Source of the DNA: Eledone cirrhosa
Taxonomy: Eukaryota
DNA: 64,000 nt
Reading direction: 5' to 3'
NCBI GenBank assembly: GCA_964016885.1
Contig: OZ024741.1
Coordinates: 142,848,001-142,912,000 of the forward strand
Shown here in pieces: positions 56,250 to 64,000 of the stretch (position 1 is the first letter of the stretch; each line of letters starts with the position of its first letter). Made by a program: the position numbers and the translations under genes. The notes under the pieces were generated by a model, which made no database searches, was not told the DNA's origin, and was given only the letters and a program-made list of their open reading frames with translations.

Positions 56250-56640
56250 CTTTTGTTGAAAGTTGTGAGGTGTGCCAAACAAAACAACTTCATGGCATAA
56301 AGAGCACATATCTAGTTTATCACAAAACCGTGACAGAGAGTTTGTGCTGTTTGGGCAGACACTGCACAAACTGGTCTTTGTTAATCATTGTTGATGCCTA
56401 CAGCTCATGGATTGAAGCCTGTTGATGTAAGGACCACTTATCAGAAATAGTGAAAGGTGTTTTAATACCAATATTCTCATGATTTGAAAACATTCTCCCA
56501 ACTGATAGGATGATGTGAGAATCTATGATGGCCATGAAGCTGTTATTGACAAAGATAATACGCATGATCAGCAACAAATTTTAGTGGTGCAGGGTTCAGT
56601 ACAGATTTGCCAAATAAAAGAATTGTGAGTGGCATAAAGA
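56250..56640 (+). mobile_element. possible decayed Gypsy integrase fragment
   Basis: CEVCQ, VDAYSSWIEA remnants only. Confidence 0.35.
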
Positions 56641-58279
56641 AACCATCACAATGTGAAGAAGATTGTCTTAAATTGATTGTAATATGTTATATTTCTTATC
56701 AATTGTTGAATTTGCTCTAGTTTGACAGACGTTAAACGATGATGAGCGTTTATGTTACTCTGTTTCTATTGTCTTTTAGAGGTTACATCACCTAATTTGT
56801 CAAGATAGATAAAAGAATTCAACACAAACCCTCTTCATTTTACTTTTCATACTACTACTACCACCACCACTACTACGACTACTAGTACTACTGGATTAAT
56901 AACAATGAGCAAATATGATTATTCTTTGGAGAAGGAAATATTTTTAGTGATATCAAGATTAGCTATGCAATAGCTAGTCAGCCAGTGAACTAGCTTGCAA
57001 GCCATGTTTTAGTTAGTATTCAAAGCAAGTTACTTAAGCAAAAGGCAAAAGCCTTTCAAGCAGCCTTTGATTAAATGTCAGTGCTAAACAAACTATCTCC
57101 CATTTTTGGTAATTCATGTTTGCAAATTGCCAATAATTAACATTAAAAACAAATTTGAATGAACATTTACAAAACGTAGAATAAAACTACTTTTAAAGGT
57201 TCCAGTTTAGGTTGAGATTGTTTTATATTAAAATTTAACGCATCTAAATACTCAAATGGCACTGTACCTTGCCTTGATAGACAATAGCATAGTTTAGTAG
57301 TGAGAGAGAGTGATGAGCTAAATTGGAGAAGAAATGGTGCTCGTACTGGTGCCACAACAAAAAGCATCTTGTCCACCCTGTAAGGTGGTTGTGTTGGTGC
57401 CATGATAAAAAAAGTAGCTATTCCACCGTTAGGTGATCTCCTAATGATAAAAAAAAGTATCCACTCCATCTTGTAAAGTGGTAGTGTGTTGCCACAAGAA
57501 AAGCTCCCAGTACACAATGTGGTTGACGTTAGGAAGGGCATCCAGCCATAGAAAACCAAGCTGAAAACCTGTTATGAACATGGAGTCACCCGACCTGGTT
57601 CGACAACATGAAAACTCGTCTAACCCATGCAAGCATGGAAAGTAGATGTTAAATGAAGATGATGATGTTGAAATTCACCATTTGGATTGTCGTCGTCATC
57701 CTCATCAATACCAATGGCACCTTAATGGTGACAAATGTTTGGCAAACCAGGTCTGCACACCATCAATAATTTCAACTTATTCTTTTCCAATGAGTATTTA
57801 ACAACTCTTAAAATTCACTGACCAATAAAAATTGATCAACATTGTGTTCAAGAAACCCTTTATAAGAGGGTATTTTTTTCTATATTTACTAAATTGTTGA
57901 AGGTAGAATGCTTATAGTAAGTAGTGATTTTAGTGATTCATATTACCAACTTTACAAATGTAAAACATTGTTTCTAGCTTGGTTAGAATCAAGCAAGTAA
58001 AGTAGTTTGTAATGGGTAAGGCTTGCCAGCTTAGTAAACCATCACATTAACAAACTCCACAGTAGTTATAGTATCAAAATATATTAAAAACAATGGTTAA
58101 AATGGCTCAGTTGTTTGTATATCTCAACTACTAGTTCTTTTGGGAAATGAAAGAAAGAGATGTCAGTTGTATTATAGTAGTAAAAACTGTCATGCCAAGG
58201 TGAAAAGCAGGCATCAAATTAAACAAAAATAATTGCAGGTAAATTGAAAGCCATAAAAATGAAAGAAACATTTAATTAC

Positions 58280-58426
58280 CCTGCTGGTGCCATGTCAAAT
58301 GGGTCATCAAAGAGAGGTATGCCCAAACCAAACGGTGCCAATCCAAATGGTGCTCGTTGTCTGCGGCTGACTCCCTGCTGTTGTTGTTGCTCCATTCTGT
58401 GACGTCTATTGTGGTGTCGCCTTCGA
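58280..58426 (-). CDS. DNAJB6: DNAJB6-like internal exon (RRRHHNRRHRMEQQQQQGVSRRQRAPFGLAPFGLGIPLFDDPFDMAPAG)
   Basis: ttttcAG...GG|GTAATT, 147 nt, phase 2-2, open and in frame with both neighbouring exons; GC-rich island in an AT-rich intron. Confidence 0.72.
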
Positions 58427-61094
58427 CTGAAAACATACTCGGGCTTTCAGTGGGCAGAAAGGATTCAGCCAATATGAAAGTGACCCCCCAGTTGTAGGTC
58501 ACAGAGAAAAGTTGCAAAGACAACCATGCTTGCGATGGAAAGAAACACCAGGTAACCAACCCCATATCCCAGTCCACTGGTATCCATAATTAGAGAGATG
58601 GACATCTAACTCAAAGCAAAGGTTTGTGGGAGTTATGATGAGAACAGTGCTCTGTAGTTAGTGTCAGACATGAAATAGCTACATTGATCACTGCCCAGAA
58701 CAGTTAGTATATGAAAAAGTAACCTAAAGAATCATCAAATATCAATGCTAGATATCTCGGTAGAAGAGCAACACTGAAAAAGTAATACTGGAGTGAACAG
58801 TTTTAAAAGAGTGTGGGGTGGGTGATGGCAAACAGATACCAGTGGATAATTAAACAACATGCAACATAAAGTGTGAATGTTAGAATTGTTAAGAGTGTGA
58901 AAAAATAGAGTTAAACACAGACACACACTACACTACACTACACAGAATAAGCAGATAAATTGAACAAACATAGGAACAGGTTAAAATGGTAAGGCACTTA
59001 AGGGAGAAATTATGAAACATTTAAAAAGGTACACTACTAAAATGTTGCAAATCAACAATAAAATGTAAATAGTTCATTTCTGCATTAATTTTCTTAAGAA
59101 ACTGAAGTTCTAATAGTTGACAACTTGTTTTCTAAAGAAAAGTATCAGTCCTTTAGAAATACCAATGAACAATAGAAATAAATCAAAGCAAATAAATAAA
59201 CAAATCAAACATGTTAAAAATACAATAATGTTAAAATGTGTTTAATATAGTTGAACAGCTTAGTGGTCTTAATTACTAAATTAAAACAGTCTCAAGAGTT
59301 TTATTGATGAGTCAAGGAATAGTAAAATGAATGAAAACTAAAATGCAGACAATGTATATAACAAAGAACAGAGAATGAGAAGTCTTGTTGTAAAATTCAG
59401 ACGATAAAGTTGTTAAAATAGGTAATATTGTCTATATGGTTTCCAAAGACATGACCAGAATAAGTAACAAATTATATTCCTTATACCATTAATGACATTA
59501 AATATAGTGCTTCTGAAAGTAAACTTATGCACGAACTTTCAGCTATTAGCTGAATTTCTGTTGCCAAAAGGAGCGACTATTTGAAAGCAAACTGCTAACC
59601 GTGAGTAAGGTGGTGTAAGTGGATGAGTAAAGAGAAAGAAATGGGTGTGTTTCAGAGAAGATTTATCCATCCTAAAACTAGGATTGTTACTTTCTCTGTC
59701 CAAAGAAAGCTATTATGGGTGAAAGCAAACAGTAGTTCTACAATGAAACCACAATATTGCAACAGACAGGTTTTGTAATAAGGAAAAGCAAGAGAATTAA
59801 GTGCCATGAGAATTTGAAATAAATGATGTCTTTAATTTGATTTCTGAACAAGAGATAGTAATATGTAAAGAGTGGGAGGATGGAAACTTCATAAATCAAA
59901 TTAAAAAAAAAAAAAACATATATAAGATACTATTCTAGAGAGCTGAATTTCAACTGTACTAAATAAAATAAGTTTCCAAAAAGAAATTATAAAGTTTAAA
60001 AACAAACAAAAGATTAAAGTTAACCAGAATATCAAGTTTAAAAATAATTAGTTTAAAAAAAAAATGTTTAATTATAAAATTGTAAATTATAAGATGTTTG
60101 CAAGTTAAGGTGATAAGCTGTCTCCCTAACCCGAATTCAAGCCCTTATCAATTTTATAGTTTAGTTGTGTCATATTAAAGTCTCAATGCAACCAGTTAAG
60201 GTTTCTATTCTCAGAAAGAACCACTTATTTCAGAACTTTTTCTGAAAATCAACAACTAAACTTTCCCATAATTAAGGCAACATGCCGATGTAATTAATAA
60301 AAAAAAAACAAACACTGAGTTGATTATTGAGTTAAGTGGATAAACAAGTTTACAACTGGACAGGTATTAATATTACAAATTATTAAACCTCAAAATTGTA
60401 TTCTAATAAGAGAGAGTTTGATAAACCATGCAATAACAGCCATTCTAGAAGTTACTGACAAAACTGTTGCTATACTTAGTAGGCTTAGACAACGATTTTG
60501 GTCTACCTTCAAATATTTAATAATATATCACCACCCCTACTGATGATGATGATGATGATGATGATGTAGAGCTGCCTGAAAATTTGGTCTTTTATCTTAC
60601 CCATGTTAATCATTGGACTGTATCCACACTGATGCACCACCTTCAAAGTCTAAGTACCTAGTCAGCCTGTGAGGTGGTTATGCTGGTGACATAAAAAAAA
60701 TAAATAAAGCACCCTGTCCACCCTATGAGATGGTCCTGTTGGTACCATGACAAAAAGTACCCAGTCTGCACTGTCAGATGGTAGTTTTTGGGCCCACACT
60801 ATAAAGGCATCCAACTGTAGAAGCCAAGCCCAAATCAGGTCTGTATGAGCAAGACATGGTCACCTGACCTGATTTTTTTCAATGTGACATGTCTAGCCCA
60901 TGCCAGCATGGAAATAGATGCAAAATGATGATGATTGACTACAGTACTTTATTTAGCATTTAATCTTAGAGAAAAACAGAACCAAACATAGGGCAGCTTT
61001 CTTCAATGCACCAATTTATTTAATTTGATGTCCATAATATATATATATACACACACACATATACAATGCTAGCGTGGAAGATAGACGTTAAACT

Positions 61095-61728
61095 ATATTA
61101 AACTGTTTAGCAAAATTTTAAGGCTGTACATGGCTATGGTGCGGCCACACTTAGAATTTGCATCACCAGTCTGGAACCCCTATCTTGCTCAGAACATTGA
61201 CCGCCTGGAAACTGTTCAGAGATGTGCAACCAAGCGAATACCCTCCATCAGGCATCTACCATACTCTGAGCGCCTTGCTTCCCTGGGCATGGATACATTG
61301 AAGCTCCGACACCTAGCAACTGACTTGGTAAACACCCACAAAAATGTTAACCATCTTGCCAACAACAACCCTGAGTACCTTTTTGATTTCCATGTGTCTA
61401 ACACATGTGGGCATGCCCACAAAGACAGAAAACAGTACAGTTCCCTTGACTTTCGGAAACATTTTTTCACGCTCAGAGTTGCTGAAGCATTGAACAAACT
61501 ACCTGCATCGGTTGTTAGCTGTCGAGACACTGCATCCTTTAAGGCCTCCATGCTTCCCGAGATTTGCCAACACTACACCTAATGTTCCCCCTCCATACAC
61601 ATATGTATATCATGACTCATACACTATTCACTTCCCTGACATTTGTGTATTATTCTATGTACTATACATGCACCTTTGACGAGTTGTAGTGCATCTGAGC
61701 ACTTTACACAATAATTTCATTATTATTA
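61095..61728 (+). mobile_element. CR1-group LINE 3' fragment with (ATT)n tail (intronic, antisense to the gene)
   Basis: LY..MVRPHLEFASPVWNPY..LETVQR.ATK..L.Y.ERL..FF..RV. Confidence 0.85.
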
Positions 61729-62756
61729 AATATCACACAAGATCTTAGTTAATCTAAGGCTATGATGGACATTTACATGCACAAGGTAGAACACAGTGGG
61801 TTTGAATTAGGAACCACATAATTGCAAAGCTAATTTAACCATATGTCCTTTGGAGTAGATATTTTTAACAGTGATTTCTAAATACTGACAAACTACTGGA
61901 GAGTGGTATTGAAACAAACACACTGTTGCTGCATGAGAAACAACAACAACCAGGATTTGAATTATTATTTTTTTATTTTTCCAAGGTAACTAGGACTAGA
62001 AAAAATTAATTCTTCCAATTTTCTGAAAAATCACTAAATAATTATAAGATGAGCAGAGTCCAATTAAGTAAATTCCACATAAACACAGACAATACATCAA
62101 ATCACAAAGTAGGTGTGCAAACTAGATAAAGAGAATGTTGTGCATTAATTTGAATTTAAAACATTCAATACAACTTCAGAAAATAAGTATCAACAATAAA
62201 GAAGCATCGTGTATAAACTGGTTATTGATTTTATATTGGAGGCAATTTTTTTCTTAATTTTGCAAAAATTGACAGAGTAGGAATAGATTATATATTTCAG
62301 TTGATGATGCTACAAAGATGAGCCCAGTTTTAACAAAAATTAACTCAACAACTTGGATTGGACATATAATTTCCTCACAATAATCGTTTTAGTATCTTTT
62401 CTTCAACAAAAAGGAAAACTTAACAATCAACTAATGGTTTTAATGTTGCCAAGAACAACCAACTAGTTTGCACATCTTAATACAAGAACAGTTTACAAAA
62501 TAAATTGTTAATTAGAATTAATAAAGCATGTAGGTTTTAGTGCAAAATGACATGCGAAACATGAACAGAAGAAAAAGATAACACCAACACCAACAAAAAA
62601 CATAACAAAAGAAACTAACACTGACACCAACAAATAAAACAATAACACAGACGCCAACAATCTGTAGTCGAAACAGATTCTATTATTTCTCTGATGAGAG
62701 AATTTACCCATCCCAGTGCTGTATCTGCTTACATTAAAGAAAAATTAGCAACTTAC

Positions 62757-62877
62757 CTTGGGCCGGCATTGAAGACAGAGTCGTCAAGGAAAGGGTTAAA
62801 AAGGGCTGGACTAGGAAAGCCTGGAAAAGAATGTTGAAACATTCTATCGTGTGGTAGATTTCTGCATATCCGACCTC
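62757..62877 (-). CDS. DNAJB6: DNAJB6-like G/F-region exon (GRICRNLPHDRMFQHSFPGFPSPALFNPFLDDSVFNAGP)
   Basis: tAG...AG|GTAAGT, 121 nt, phase 1-2, open and in frame with downstream exons; J-domain exons presumably lie beyond 64000. Confidence 0.7.
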
Positions 62878-64000
62878 CTAGAACCAATAGAATAATACTG
62901 TGATCTGCTGACAGTTTCTGAATTAATGTTAGTAGGGGGCATTTGAGGTAAGTAGTTGGTCAGTAAGATGTTACTGTGAAATATATAGTGGAGAGATCAG
63001 GAAATGAGCAACTGCTGTGGCTTTTTTTTACAACTCGGAGGAGTGAAAAACCGGTTAAAATGAAGACACGAAATAGATGAGTGAAGTGAGGCTTTTATAT
63101 GACTTGACAAACTTAACCTGAACAAACAGTTATAGTCTTACAAGTTTCTACCAAGAGACCTATCAAAATAGAGCTGCTTCACTTTGAATAAATCAATCAG
63201 ATTTTAAAATTAAAAATACTGTTAGAAATCTTGGAAGATTATTATTTTTTTTGGCAAATGTATGTTCCCACTTCAGTTCTCTCTATTTCAAATAACTGAC
63301 AGATAATTTTGTTTTTACTGTTTATCCACAGAGGGGACAGGCAGTGCCTATGGCCCTTTTCAGGGCCTCCAAGATTGGGGGGAGGAATGGAGAGAAATTT
63401 ATCTTCAAACCAGAGACCTTGATCAAATGCTTGCAACAAAGAGAACTCCACTAAAAACATCTAAGGCTCAGCACAGGAGTAAACTAAGCAATGGATTACA
63501 TATACTATCCATGGGATATAAACTGAGAATGCAAAGAGCCAGAACAAATACCACAAAAAATCTCATCTGATGCTCTAACAATTATGCCAACCCTTTGTTC
63601 TGGAGTTGTGTTTAATTTTATTAACTCCAAAATTATGAAAAACAAATTTGACTCAAGTGCAGAAAGCTGGAACAATTGTTCGAAGGCATTTTGTATCACA
63701 TTCCATTGACTAACAGCTTGCCATTAAAAACAGAAAAATATTAAATTAAGACAGGTCTATTTACTGGTGGGACATTTAAGTTTAACAACCGCATGAAAAA
63801 GCCAGTCTTAGACAATACTTTTACATAGTTGCAGCTTACAGTCATAAATTAAAGATATTGAATAACCTAGTCTTTGATACAATGGCTGGGTTACCTTTGA
63901 TCATAGGTTTGTTTCACCAGGGATGACACTGGAGCAAAACAACAGACATTGGGTCAATCTTCTATATAAAACACATTAGTATAAGAGATAAGCTAAGTTT

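Noticed and set aside
58272-58577. 101-aa ORF from the track
   Set aside because: Different frame from the spliced exon 58280-58426 and no recognisable homology

Overview
Eukaryotic, repeat-rich animal DNA; the SINE families and very long microsatellites suggest an octopus/coleoid cephalopod (inference, not proven). Bases 1-26.8 kb are a nearly continuous nest of decayed retrotransposons from several clades (Tx1/L1-type APE-RT LINEs, a Penelope-like RT+GIY-YIG element, Dong/R4-type and CRE-type RLE elements, an RTE-related short element), mostly bounded by microsatellites that differ by clade. The most striking structure is a 12.6-kb head-to-tail run of Tx1 copies joined by (TATC)n. It includes five near-identical ~600-655 bp units with the same 5' end but different poly(A)/(TATC)n tails. 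27-47 kb holds DNA-transposon relics (mariner, hAT, Chapaev-like, piggyBac-like MITEs), SINEs, foldback elements and Penelope-type minimal hammerhead ribozyme motifs. 50-63 kb contains four 3' coding exons of a minus-strand DNAJB6-like chaperone gene whose J-domain was not found in the window. Family assignments come from recognised motifs only; no database search was run.
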